Shown here in pieces: positions 21,802-33,232 of a DNA stretch of 64,000 nucleotides; position 1 is the first letter of the stretch, and the number at the start of each line of letters is the position of its first letter. Source of the stretch: Candidatus Babeliales bacterium (GTDB lineage: Bacteria > Babelota > Babeliae > Babelales > Vermiphilaceae). The DNA is taken from the NCBI GenBank assembly GCA_963743635.1, contig CAVUQO010000003.1:1-64000 (forward strand). The letters run 5' to 3'. The notes beneath the pieces are model-generated. The model had not been told where the DNA came from and ran no database searches. It saw nothing but the letters and a program-made list of their open reading frames with translations. A program made the translations under genes and the position numbers.

Positions 21802-24144
21802 ATGAAGACGCTTCTAAATAAAAATATTCAAGAGGGTATTCCTGAAATACTCCCGGTCATTCCGACAATGGACGTTGTAGTATTTCCTCAAATGCTTGTG
21901 CCGCTCCTGGTTCTTGATGAAAAAATCATTGAGGGGATCAACCAAACGCTCCAAGAATCAAAGTTTGTTTTGCTCTTAGCCGCAAAAAAACAGATCGATG
22001 ATCAAGGCGCGATAGGGACTAAAGATTTATATGAAACCGGAACCGTTGCTTCCATTATGCGTCTCATACGCATCCCAGAAGGCGGGGTTAAAATTCTCGT
22101 GCAAGGAATTAGCAAGGCCCGCGCAAAAGAACTCATGGCTGAAGAAAATAGTCTCCGCGCTCGTATTGAAAAAATAGAATCATATACTGAAGAGAATCCG
22201 GATGAAGTAACGGCTCAAATTAGAAACATTCGAGCTCTGACGGAAAAGATGGCAATTTCAGGCCAATCATTTAGCCCTGATTTCCATATTATCCTATCCA
22301 AGATGCAAGATCCTGAAAAAATCGCTGATTTCATTCTCTCTCATCTTAATTTAAACGTAGAAGAAGCCCAAAAGCTGCTTGAAAGCGAAAGTCTTTCAAT
22401 CTTTTTAAACGGCATCTACTGCCATCTGAGCAAAGAAATCGAAGTTGCAGATATTCAAGAAAAGATTCGTAACAATGCGCGCGAATCAATGAATAAAGCG
22501 CAAAAAGAATTCTACCTCAGAGAACAATTGCGCGCCATCAAACAAGAACTTGGTGAAGATGACGCCGAAGATATTGAGATGTTCTACAAAAAGCTAGAAA
22601 CACTCAAAGCTAATGACGAAATAAAAACGGAAGTAAAACGACAAATCAGTCGTCTTGAACGTACATCGCCCGACTCAATGGAAGCTGCAGTGTTGCGCAA
22701 TTATCTTGAATGGGTATTCGCATTACCATGGCAGAATGAAACCGTCGATAATCTTGATCTCGTTCATGCCAAGAAGATTCTTGATGAAGATCATTACGGA
22801 TTAAAAGATATTAAAGAACGCATCTTGGATTTCATTTCGATACGAACCCTTCGAAAAGATGGGTTTGCACCGATCTTGTGCCTCGTTGGTCCTCCAGGAG
22901 TGGGTAAAACGTCACTGGGTAAATCGATTGCTCAATCCTTAGGGCGTCAATATGTACGAATCTCACTCGGCGGCGTAAAAGATGAAGCAGAAATTCGAGG
23001 CCACCGCCGCACCTATGTTGGTGCAATGCCAGGCAGATTTATTCAAGCACTCCGAAAAGCGGAAACCTTAAATCCGGTCATCGTAATCGACGAACTTGAT
23101 AAGATTGGGGCAGATTTCCGTGGCGATCCATCAGCAGCGATGCTTGAAGTGCTCGACCCACAACAAAATAAAACATTCTACGATAACTATCTTGGGTTAC
23201 CATTCGATCTTTCTAAAGTGATGTTCATCGCAACTGCCAACTCGCTCGATACCATTTCTGATCCATTACGCGATCGTATGGAAATAATCGAGCTATCTGG
23301 TTACACCATGGAAGAAAAACTGAATATCGCAAAAAGACATTTGGTTAAAAAATCAATTGAAGAAGCAGGGCTTACGGAGCAACAACCAAAATTCAGCGAT
23401 GCAGTGCTCACCAGCCTTATACTCGATTACACTCGAGAATCAGGAGTGCGGCAACTTGAACGTCTGATTGGTAAGTTGTGCTCTAAAGCGGCGCGCGCGT
23501 TCGTAGAAACCCAAAAGAGTATAACCTTCACACCTAAAAATGTGGATACCTATCTCGGGCCACGCCGATTCTTGGAAGAAGAAGCGCATCATAACGATCA
23601 AGTTGGTATTACCAACGGATTGGCATGGACAATTTATGGCGGCGAAATGATCAAGATCGAAGCAATACTCATTCCTGGCAAAGGAAATTTGATTCTCACT
23701 GGCCAACTGGGCGATGTAATGAAAGAGTCAGCGCAGGCCGCGATGAGTTATGCACGCGCCCATGCCAAAGAGTTTCAAATTGATCAAGACATATTCACGA
23801 AAAATGATCTGCATATTCACGTACCGGCGGGCGCGGTTCCTAAAGATGGTCCATCTGCGGGAATTACCATGCTCACCTCAATTCTTTCAGCCTTGACACA
23901 GCGTCCAATTAATGCACAATACGCTATGACAGGTGAATTAAATTTACGTGGCGAAGTAATGCCAATCGGCGGCGCAAAAGAGAAAATCTTAGCAGCAAAA
24001 CGGAATAAAATTAAAACGGTTATTCTGCCTGCTAAAAACAAAAAAGATCTGGTTGGACTTGAAGATATCACCAAAGATATTGATGTTATTTGGGTTGATC
24101 ATGCCGACGAAGTATTACACCGCGTATTAATCGTGAAAGCTTAA
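21802..24144 (+). CDS. lon: ATP-dependent protease La
   Basis: LON N-domain, GPPGVGKTS, RGHRRTYVGAMPG, PKDGPSAG; GGGGGG RBS before ATG 21802. Confidence 0.97.
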   Translation: MKTLLNKNIQEGIPEILPVIPTMDVVVFPQMLVPLLVLDEKIIEGINQTLQESKFVLLLAAKKQIDDQGAIGTKDLYETGTVASIMRLIRIPEGGVKILVQGISKARAKELMAEENSLRARIEKIESYTEENPDEVTAQIRNIRALTEKMAISGQSFSPDFHIILSKMQDPEKIADFILSHLNLNVEEAQKLLESESLSIFLNGIYCHLSKEIEVADIQEKIRNNARESMNKAQKEFYLREQLRAIKQELGEDDAEDIEMFYKKLETLKANDEIKTEVKRQISRLERTSPDSMEAAVLRNYLEWVFALPWQNETVDNLDLVHAKKILDEDHYGLKDIKERILDFISIRTLRKDGFAPILCLVGPPGVGKTSLGKSIAQSLGRQYVRISLGGVKDEAEIRGHRRTYVGAMPGRFIQALRKAETLNPVIVIDELDKIGADFRGDPSAAMLEVLDPQQNKTFYDNYLGLPFDLSKVMFIATANSLDTISDPLRDRMEIIELSGYTMEEKLNIAKRHLVKKSIEEAGLTEQQPKFSDAVLTSLILDYTRESGVRQLERLIGKLCSKAARAFVETQKSITFTPKNVDTYLGPRRFLEEEAHHNDQVGITNGLAWTIYGGEMIKIEAILIPGKGNLILTGQLGDVMKESAQAAMSYARAHAKEFQIDQDIFTKNDLHIHVPAGAVPKDGPSAGITMLTSILSALTQRPINAQYAMTGELNLRGEVMPIGGAKEKILAAKRNKIKTVILPAKNKKDLVGLEDITKDIDVIWVDHADEVLHRVLIVKA

Positions 24145-24151
24145 CACAACC

Positions 24152-25246
24152 ATGAAGAAGGTTCTGACCCTTGGCGGCGCAACGCAAGATGTTTTCATAC
24201 AATATAACCCCCAAGAGTCGATCCGGCTTCATACCGCTTCACCAGGACATTGTTTTTTAATGATCGAAGAGGGTCAGAAAATTGAAGTTTCTGATCTTCT
24301 CTATCATACGGGCGGCGGCGCAACAAACGCCGCAGTTTCATTTCAGAAACTAGGATTCGATACGACTGCATTTTTCAAAATCAGTACAGATGCACCCGGC
24401 ACATTCATTCTTGATGAATTGAAAAAGTTTAATATTAAAACAGTGCCAGTAATATCTCACATTGGTCAAACAGGCACTGCATTTATTATTCCGTGCATAT
24501 CCGGCGATCGCATCATTTTTGTGCATCGTGGCATAAATATGAGCTTATCAGAGGATGAATTACCGCTCGACGCGATACGCGCAAACGATATCATTTACGT
24601 TACTTCGCTCACCGGCCCCGCATCAAACTTACTATTGCCCATCGTGCGCTATGCAAAAGAAAATCAAAAAAAAGTAGCCGCTAATCCGGGTACCGCGCAA
24701 ATTCGAGATAATCCGGAAATACTCAAAGCTTCACTCGCTTCGATCGACATTCTGATCATGAATGCAACCGAAGCTCATTATTGCCTTCGCTCACTCATGG
24801 GCAACGCTCAACCAAAATTTGAGACTGCGGCGCGTGATACAAAATTACCATACCTACTCCAAGGCCCCGCCATTATTCATGATCAACCATTTGATTTAAG
24901 AACTTATTTTAAAGAAATTCTCGCACACGGTCCGAAAACCGTCGTCGTCACCAATGGCGCCGATGGCGTTTATGCCGCGCACAACAATACCATTTATTAT
25001 CATCCAAGTATTCACACTCCAATCATCAGCACCCTCGGGGCAGGCGATGCCTTTGGCTCATGCTTTGTTGCCAGCCTGGAACAAGGCGCTTCCATTGAGA
25101 ATGCAATCCGCTATGGGGTGATCAACAGCTCTTCAGTAATCCAACATATCGGCGGCAAGGTTGGCTTATTGGATGCCGACTCGCTCAAGAAAAAGGCTGC
25201 TGATTTGGATCAGAATCTATTGCAACGTTTTGATTTAACTATCTAA
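24152..25246 (+). CDS. PfkB family carbohydrate kinase
   Basis: GGGATNAAV and C-terminal STLGAGDAFGS. Confidence 0.9.
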   Translation: MKKVLTLGGATQDVFIQYNPQESIRLHTASPGHCFLMIEEGQKIEVSDLLYHTGGGATNAAVSFQKLGFDTTAFFKISTDAPGTFILDELKKFNIKTVPVISHIGQTGTAFIIPCISGDRIIFVHRGINMSLSEDELPLDAIRANDIIYVTSLTGPASNLLLPIVRYAKENQKKVAANPGTAQIRDNPEILKASLASIDILIMNATEAHYCLRSLMGNAQPKFETAARDTKLPYLLQGPAIIHDQPFDLRTYFKEILAHGPKTVVVTNGADGVYAAHNNTIYYHPSIHTPIISTLGAGDAFGSCFVASLEQGASIENAIRYGVINSSSVIQHIGGKVGLLDADSLKKKAADLDQNLLQRFDLTI

Positions 25247-25790
25247 CACGAACTCGGTCTAAAGAGTTTATATTAAGTAATGTTTTCATTATAGAAATAA
25301 GTAAAAATCCCCTCCCCCGTTCGTCCCGAGTGTTGGTAATTTCCGAAGGAAATGACCAATGTGCGAGGGATTGTAATAAAATAATATTCCTTATAAATTT
25401 CGAATATAGCTAATGAAAATATGAATTATCTGATTTCAAATCCTTCGCACATTTTTCTCCTGCCCCTTCGATCCTTCGCTATACTCAGGTCTCAGGAGCA
25501 GGAATAAAAACACTCAGGACGAACGGAGTAGGAGGAAATTATACTTATTTATAAGGTAAAATCACCATTTAAAATTAGCTTCGCTTACATCGAGTTCGCG
25601 CTATTTAATCACCCTGGATTGCCACGTCCTCATACAACACCGCTTTGCAGCGGATGTCGTATTTCGTCCTCGCAAAGACGATCGAGAGATTGATGATCGA
25701 GAGATGACGATCGAGAGATTTTTAACTCGTCTGGCTCCCTACCTTAGCTCCGATCATGGTGAGCGAAGTCGAACCACGTCATTGGGACTA
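25245..25790. repeat. Composite palindromic repeat cluster (nested inverted modules plus 71-bp RPE-like element)
   Basis: CGAACTCGGTCTA...TACATCGAGTTCG bracket an inverted REP pair. 25613-25683 is identical to the reverse complement of 43597-43667. Confidence 0.85.
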
Positions 25791-25892
25791 TCTTATCAAC
25801 CTAAAGTTTAAATTTTGTTCACACAACCTAGTCTCTTACATTAAACAAAATTTCGCTCCACCGGGCTTCTCTTTACAAATAGAACGGCTTGA

Positions 25893-27380
<1,488 letters not shown>

Positions 27381-27381
<1 letters not shown>

Positions 27382-27626
27382 TGGAGTTAACCATCATGTG
27401 TCCCCTGAGTAAAAAAACGTATGAAATCAACTGGGTTGAAATTAATACGCCCAAGGGAAATTTCGTTATTCAACCAGGTCACGTTCCCATGATCATTTCT
27501 CTTTCTGCCAAAAAATCTCTTACCTTCGGTTTGAAAAACGGAAAACGAGAATCGATTGTGATTCAAGAAGGCATGATATCCATTAATCGCACACACGCCA
27601 CCGTTATTACTAGTCAGGAATTATGA
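27381..27626 (+). CDS. atpC: F1 ATP synthase epsilon subunit, N-terminal domain only
   Basis: TPKGNFVIQPGHVPMI motif; directly after atpD (TAATG overlap); 81 aa. Confidence 0.85.
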
Positions 27627-29233
27627 AAACAACACTCGGCACAATTGTCACCGGATCATTATCCGAAGGCTTTGTCATGCGCATTAATCCTGAAACCAAT
27701 CTTGAGGAAATTAAAACCGGCAAGTTCGTTTCAATTATTGGCGCGAAACATACTTTTTTCTCGCTCATCACCGATCTGACGTTGGAAGTTTCTCATCCAG
27801 ATATTTTCCTTTTTCCGCCAACACATAATGAGCCGCTCTTAGGCGCAATGCTCAAACAAAAAGATATTTACGCGACTGCAAATCTCAAATTAATGCTCAT
27901 GCTTAATCATGAGAAAAAACCAAGCCCGGTAAAAACGATTCCTCCCCATTTTTCAACGGTCTATGAAGCAACCAAACAAGACGTTGCGCTCATTTTTGGC
28001 GATGAAAATGATGCAAGCAATAACTTCTTTAATATCGGCAAACCGCTCGATATGAATACACCGGTGTGTCTCAATCTTGAGAAATTAACGGAACGCAGCA
28101 ATGGCATTTTTGGTAAAACAGGAACGGGCAAAACTTTCTTAACCCGCCTTGTGCTCGCTGGCCTCATCAAGAATGATAAAGCAGTAAATCTTATATTCGA
28201 TATGCATAGCGAGTATGGCTTACAAGCGCGTAAAGAAGGCAAAGATGCATCGTTTGTAAAAGGCCTCAAAACATTATTCCCTGATAAGGTTGCAATTTTT
28301 TCACTCGACCCTGCATCAACGCGTAGACGCGGCAGCAATCCTGACGTTGAACTGGTCATCAGCTATCAATCAATCAGCGTTGAAGATATTCTTCCGCTCG
28401 AGCAAGAACTCAATTTGCATTCAACGGCCCTTGAGGCGGCTCATCTCATTGCCGCAAAACACAAACAAGATTGGCTGTACGCGCTCTTGAATGCCGGCGA
28501 TGATCTGGAAGAGTTTGCAAAATCGCTCGGCGCACATCCCTCATCGATTGCAGCGCTCTATCGAAAACTGAAACGCATTGAACGGTATCCCTTCTTTAAA
28601 CCGACCGTTCCTGGTGGCGCGTATAAAGACAGCTCCGATATTGATCGCATGATGGAATATATCGATAAGGGAATTAGTATCGTCATTGAATTTGGCAATC
28701 ACAGCTCGACGTTTGTCTATTTGCTGATCGCCAACATTATTACTCGTAGAATTCACCATCAATACGTGGAAAAAACGGAACAATTTTTAGGCTCGCAACG
28801 TGCTGATCAAGAACCAAAAAAACTGATGATCACCATCGAAGAGGCACACAAATTCTTAAATCCGCAGGCAGCACGCCAAACTATTTTCGGCACCATCGCA
28901 CGTGAAATGAGAAAATATTATGTTTCATTACTCGTCGTCGATCAGCGCCCATCGGGAATCGATCCGGAAGTGCTTTCGCAGATCGGTACCAAAATTGTTG
29001 CGCAGCTCAATGATGAAAAAGATATTCAAGCTGCGCTCACGGGAATCAGTAATGCGAGCGGATTGCGTTCAATTCTTGCTTCGCTGGATAGTAAAAAGCA
29101 GGCTCTGCTTTTAGGCCACGCGCTCACTATGCCCGTTGTGATCGAAACACGATCCTATGATGAAGATTTCTATCGCGCTATGATGACCATTGAGAAAAAG
29201 CAGATCGATGAGCTTGTGAAGGAAATCTTCTAA
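27623..29233 (+). CDS. HerA-like (DUF87) ATPase with N-terminal HAS-barrel-like region
   Basis: GKTGTGKT, FDMHSEYG, IEEAHKF, IAREMRKY, DQRPS motifs; ATGA overlap with atpC. Confidence 0.88.
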   Translation: MKTTLGTIVTGSLSEGFVMRINPETNLEEIKTGKFVSIIGAKHTFFSLITDLTLEVSHPDIFLFPPTHNEPLLGAMLKQKDIYATANLKLMLMLNHEKKPSPVKTIPPHFSTVYEATKQDVALIFGDENDASNNFFNIGKPLDMNTPVCLNLEKLTERSNGIFGKTGTGKTFLTRLVLAGLIKNDKAVNLIFDMHSEYGLQARKEGKDASFVKGLKTLFPDKVAIFSLDPASTRRRGSNPDVELVISYQSISVEDILPLEQELNLHSTALEAAHLIAAKHKQDWLYALLNAGDDLEEFAKSLGAHPSSIAALYRKLKRIERYPFFKPTVPGGAYKDSSDIDRMMEYIDKGISIVIEFGNHSSTFVYLLIANIITRRIHHQYVEKTEQFLGSQRADQEPKKLMITIEEAHKFLNPQAARQTIFGTIAREMRKYYVSLLVVDQRPSGIDPEVLSQIGTKIVAQLNDEKDIQAALTGISNASGLRSILASLDSKKQALLLGHALTMPVVIETRSYDEDFYRAMMTIEKKQIDELVKEIF

Positions 29234-29327
29234 AATACCCTTACTTATTTTCAGTACTTAAAGTATTGACTCTTCTTTTCTGCTTATAATAATCTCATGT
29301 TATTGTAAATAAAAATGGGAGAGTGGT

Positions 29328-30482
29328 ATGAATCAATACCTAAAATCGATAATCATTTCACTTCTTTGTATCAACACCAGCATATTCACATACGTGAAAT
29401 GGCAAAAACCTAATCCACAATTACGTCTCGATCAAGTAAGTTTTCTTGGAGCTCACAATTCACTCATGGCTCGCGAAGATGGTTGGATATATGCACAACA
29501 ATTATGGACTGTGACAAAATTGCTTGATGCAGGGGTGCGTTCTTTAGAAATTGATCTTGCAACAATGCCGGATGATAAGGGCGGCGTTAAAAATAAATTG
29601 TTTGTATGCCATGGAACATGTAGCGCTGGAGGTCAAGTACAAAAAGCAGGAAAATTCGACACACTGATTGATAAAATGCCAATCTTTACCAATTGGCTCA
29701 AAAAAAATCCTGATGAAATTATTATACTACAGCTCGATATTGGGCGAGACAAAGCAATGAAGCCCAACCAATTCGATACTAACATTGATATGTTGCCACA
29801 AGACCAAAAAGATCTCATTTTGAAGCCTTCAGATTGGCTTCCTGAAGACCATGGCGGAGTCTGGCCAACCTTAGACTGGATGATTAAGAATAATAAGCGC
29901 ATTGTTATTTTTAATCTAAAGGATAATGATTCACCAAAATATACATATGATCACACGCACTATATCAATAGCAGTGGCAGCAGCCCAATGAAGGATAACT
30001 ACACTAAGCTTACGTCAAAATCACAAGCTGCAGATGATGCAAATAAAGGGAAAATACAACGCATGTTCCAATTGAATCAGACTAATTTCCTTTCAGAACA
30101 ATACGCCCTAGAAGGATATAATCTTTACAGAAAAGCTGACCTTGTAAAAAATAAAGCAAATAAAGCATTCACCGACCTCGGAAAAAAGCTCAATCTCACG
30201 AGTAAAAAAGCGGCTGAACAAGCAGATAAAGAGCTTAAACAAGCACAAGCTGAAGTGGATAAACTTTTGGAGAAAGTTCCAAAAAGTGATTATACCACGC
30301 TTGCTCGAATCGTTCAGGATTGCAAAGATGCTAACCTCTTGGGCGGCAAGAATCCAAACATATTACAAATCGACTGGATCGATCAATTCATCCCTACTGA
30401 TGGCTTGAAAATGATCAATCAATGGAATGATGAAGCAATGAAAAATCTCCCTGCCGCATCAAACAAAGATCGCGATCTATAA
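29328..30482 (+). CDS. Secreted PI-PLC-like phosphodiesterase
   Basis: Signal peptide; LGAHNS, LDAGVRSLEID, VCHG, WPTLDWMIKNNKRIVIF. Confidence 0.8.
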   Translation: MNQYLKSIIISLLCINTSIFTYVKWQKPNPQLRLDQVSFLGAHNSLMAREDGWIYAQQLWTVTKLLDAGVRSLEIDLATMPDDKGGVKNKLFVCHGTCSAGGQVQKAGKFDTLIDKMPIFTNWLKKNPDEIIILQLDIGRDKAMKPNQFDTNIDMLPQDQKDLILKPSDWLPEDHGGVWPTLDWMIKNNKRIVIFNLKDNDSPKYTYDHTHYINSSGSSPMKDNYTKLTSKSQAADDANKGKIQRMFQLNQTNFLSEQYALEGYNLYRKADLVKNKANKAFTDLGKKLNLTSKKAAEQADKELKQAQAEVDKLLEKVPKSDYTTLARIVQDCKDANLLGGKNPNILQIDWIDQFIPTDGLKMINQWNDEAMKNLPAASNKDRDL

Positions 30483-30495
30483 CCAAAGTTATGAA

Positions 30496-30520
30496 GGATG
30501 GGTCGAAATAGGACCCATCC
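30496..30520. terminator. Hairpin after PLC gene
   Basis: GGATGGGTC-gaaatag-GACCCATCC. Confidence 0.55.
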
Positions 30521-30605
30521 AAGCTTGCGTCTACACTCCGGTCATTTTGCCATTCTTGTATTATGGGTTATATTGAGAATAAGCACTTAATATTAAGGTA
30601 TTTAT

Positions 30606-31376
30606 ATGAATAAAGCGTTACAGCTTCTCCTCATTGCGATCGGCATCGGCGGACTCATGTTTTGGGTCTCCTGGCGCAAAAAACATTACTGCGTAGCAAT
30701 TGACGAATCCACCATTATCGTGGGCACCAATGCTGAATATCCGCCCTTCACCTTTAAAGATAACGGCGAAATAGTTGGCTTTGATATTGATATTGTGAAA
30801 GAAGTGGTAAAACGCCTCGATAAAAAGATGATCCTGCAAGATATGCCTTTTGGCATGCTTCTGCCTAAGATCCAATCCGGCGCTCTGCAAATCGCAGCCG
30901 CGGGCTTCACGCCATCTCCCGAACGTGAACGACAAGTATTTTTCACAAGACCATATCTGAGTCAAGATCCCTTGGTAATCATAACGCGCGCCGACCAACC
31001 AGCCTTATCATCCATTGCTGATCTGACCGGAAAAGAGGTTGTGGTTAACGATGGATTCACCGCAGATATTCATCTTTCGCAATTTCAAGGACCGATTATA
31101 AAGCGGCTACCAACCGTCGCCGAAGCATTTTTATGCCTCATCAGCAAACGAGCTGATGCCTTCGTTTCAGCACGTACCGCCGTTGAACCCTTCTTCAAAC
31201 AAGGTAATAATAGAAACAGTTTTAATATTGTGGTACTGCCAGACGTATTCGATTCATATGCACTTATGATTTCCCGCAAATATCCTGAACTCCTGGAAGA
31301 GGTGCAACGCGCCCTCGACGCCATGGAGCAGGATGGTACCATTGCCACCATCAAACAAAAATGGAATCTTTCATGA
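30606..31376 (+). CDS. Polar amino-acid ABC transporter substrate-binding protein
   Basis: VGTNAEYPPF, GFDIDI, SBP family 3 pattern. Confidence 0.92.
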   Translation: MNKALQLLLIAIGIGGLMFWVSWRKKHYCVAIDESTIIVGTNAEYPPFTFKDNGEIVGFDIDIVKEVVKRLDKKMILQDMPFGMLLPKIQSGALQIAAAGFTPSPERERQVFFTRPYLSQDPLVIITRADQPALSSIADLTGKEVVVNDGFTADIHLSQFQGPIIKRLPTVAEAFLCLISKRADAFVSARTAVEPFFKQGNNRNSFNIVVLPDVFDSYALMISRKYPELLEEVQRALDAMEQDGTIATIKQKWNLS

Positions 31377-32035
31377 TCAATTTTACGTTACTTTCAGATT
31401 ATTCAAGCGCATTCCTGCAAGGAACGATGCTCACACTCAAAATAGCAAGCTTTGGCTGCTTGATTGGCATCACCGGCGGAATCTTGCTCGGCATTATTCA
31501 AACCCAGATTAAAGGGCCACTTTCATGGCTTGTGACGCTCTATACCATTATTGTTCGCGGCACTCCCATGCTCATTCAAATTATGTTTATCTATTTCTTA
31601 CTTCCCGAATTAGGCTTCCGACTTTCTGATACATGGAGCGCAATCATCGCCGTTGGACTTAATAGCAGTGCCTACGTCAGCCAGATTATTCGATCAGGTA
31701 TTAACGCCGTGAGCGTCGGACAACGAGAAGCCGCGCACGTTTTAGGATTAAACCAAATACAAACGATACGTTTTATTGTTTTACCCCAGGCAATCCGCAC
31801 AGTACTTCCCGCGCTCGGCAATGAGCTCATTACACTCATAAAAGAAACCAGTTTGGCTTCCACTATTGGCGTTATGGAACTTTCAAAACAAGCACTTTTT
31901 GTACAAAGCAGAACCTATGACGTCATCGGCGTCTATGGTATTGTTGCAGTTATTTATCTCGTTATAACCTCTACACTCTCATTACTGGTGTATTTTCTTG
32001 AACAAAGGATGAATCGCAATGCTACGCGTTCATAA
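31373..32035 (+). CDS. Amino-acid ABC transporter permease
   Basis: RGTPMLIQ, SAYVSQIIRSGI, GQREAA, LIKETSLAS. Confidence 0.93.
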   Translation: MINFTLLSDYSSAFLQGTMLTLKIASFGCLIGITGGILLGIIQTQIKGPLSWLVTLYTIIVRGTPMLIQIMFIYFLLPELGFRLSDTWSAIIAVGLNSSAYVSQIIRSGINAVSVGQREAAHVLGLNQIQTIRFIVLPQAIRTVLPALGNELITLIKETSLASTIGVMELSKQALFVQSRTYDVIGVYGIVAVIYLVITSTLSLLVYFLEQRMNRNATRS

Positions 32036-32747
32036 TCTCAAAAAATTATTTGGCTCAAAACAGATTATTGCTGACATATCATTCACCGTCAATCACGGCG
32101 ATATTGCAATATTTTTGGGCAGCTCCGGAGTCGGTAAATCAACCTTGCTCCGTATATTCAATAATCTTGAATCGCTTGATGGCGGCACTATCACCCTTGA
32201 TGATAAACCGCTCGACATCAAACGCGTGAATCAAAACCATACCGTCGGCATGGTGTTTCAACACAGCAATCTCTTCGATCATTTAACAATTGAAGAAAAC
32301 ATCACGCTTGCATTGATACAGGTGATGAAACAATCACCAGCGCAAGCACGCACCATTGCCCACGCCTTGCTCGCAAAATACAATCTCCTAGACCAGGCTC
32401 AGAAATATCCTGCCCAGCTCTCTGGAGGGCAAAAACAACGCGTTGCAATCATTCGTACACTCGCGATGAAGCCAAAAATCATCTGCTTTGACGAACCGAC
32501 CTCTGCACTCGATCCATTACTCACTAATTATGTTGCGCAAAACATCCAGGAACTTGCGCGTGAAGGGTACATCATTTTAATCGCAACGCATGACACTGCA
32601 TTACTTGATAAACTTGATGCAACGATTTACCTCATGCAAGATGGCGCTATTATCGAAACAGCAGACACAAAACAGTTCAGCAAAACGCCTCACGCATACC
32701 CATTAATTCAGCAATTTGTATCGGGCGAAAAAAAGCAAAATTCATAA
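32019..32747 (+). CDS. Amino-acid ABC transporter ATP-binding protein
   Basis: GSSGVGKST, LSGGQKQRVAI, FDEPTSALDP. Confidence 0.93.
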   Translation: MLRVHNLKKLFGSKQIIADISFTVNHGDIAIFLGSSGVGKSTLLRIFNNLESLDGGTITLDDKPLDIKRVNQNHTVGMVFQHSNLFDHLTIEENITLALIQVMKQSPAQARTIAHALLAKYNLLDQAQKYPAQLSGGQKQRVAIIRTLAMKPKIICFDEPTSALDPLLTNYVAQNIQELAREGYIILIATHDTALLDKLDATIYLMQDGAIIETADTKQFSKTPHAYPLIQQFVSGEKKQNS

Positions 32748-32907
32748 GCAGACCCGCCTACGTTTATCCATGTCCTCAAATTTGGCAAACTGCGGCATGG
32801 TTTTATCGGTCTGCGAAACATGTTAGAAATGCTGGTTTCGCAAAACAAAATAAATGCTTATTTAAAAGGCCTATCTGCTCCTAAGAAAAAAACATAGGAA
32901 AAAAATC

Positions 32908-32936
32908 TTGACATAGCATAGACGGGCTGTTAGGAT
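32908..32936 (+). promoter_or_regulatory. Sigma70-like promoter
   Basis: TTGACA-17bp-TAGGAT. Confidence 0.7.
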
Positions 32937-32974
32937 TCGTTAGCAATATCAAAAAATTAAAAAAACGTCCCTAA

Positions 32975-33054
32975 ATGAACAATACTTTTATGTATTGTTC
33001 ACCCCCCTAACCCTTCAGCTTTTTTTCATAAAAAAGTTGAAGGGCTTTCTTTTT
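32975..33054 (+). promoter_or_regulatory. Putative leader peptide (MNNTFMYCSPP*) plus intrinsic terminator (attenuator-like)
   Basis: 11-codon ORF 32975-33010 immediately followed by CCCTTCAGCTTTTTT...AAAAAAGTTGAAGGG-CTTTCTTTT. Confidence 0.5.
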
Positions 33055-33129
33055 AGACCATTCGCTATTTTTCTACGAAAAATCCTCAGGGCGACCGGGG
33101 AAAGGTGATCAATGAAGAACCAAAAAAAA

Positions 33130-33232
33130 CTCTCGATCGTCTTTGCGAGGACGATCGAGAGTCTTACATTAAGTCCACATTGATTAAAAATTGTTAGTTT
33201 TTCAGGGTTCTCTAAATTTGGTTCATAGTACC
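33130..33232. repeat. Collapsed RPE-like hairpin plus shared 70-bp module
   Basis: CTCTCGATCGTC-tttgcgag-GACGATCGAGAG. 33165-33232 is a reverse-complement homolog of 43524-43590. Confidence 0.8.

Noticed and set aside
27623..29233. HerA-based anti-phage system (e.g. Sir2-HerA)
   Set aside because: No partner effector gene adjacent; embedded in a housekeeping operon.
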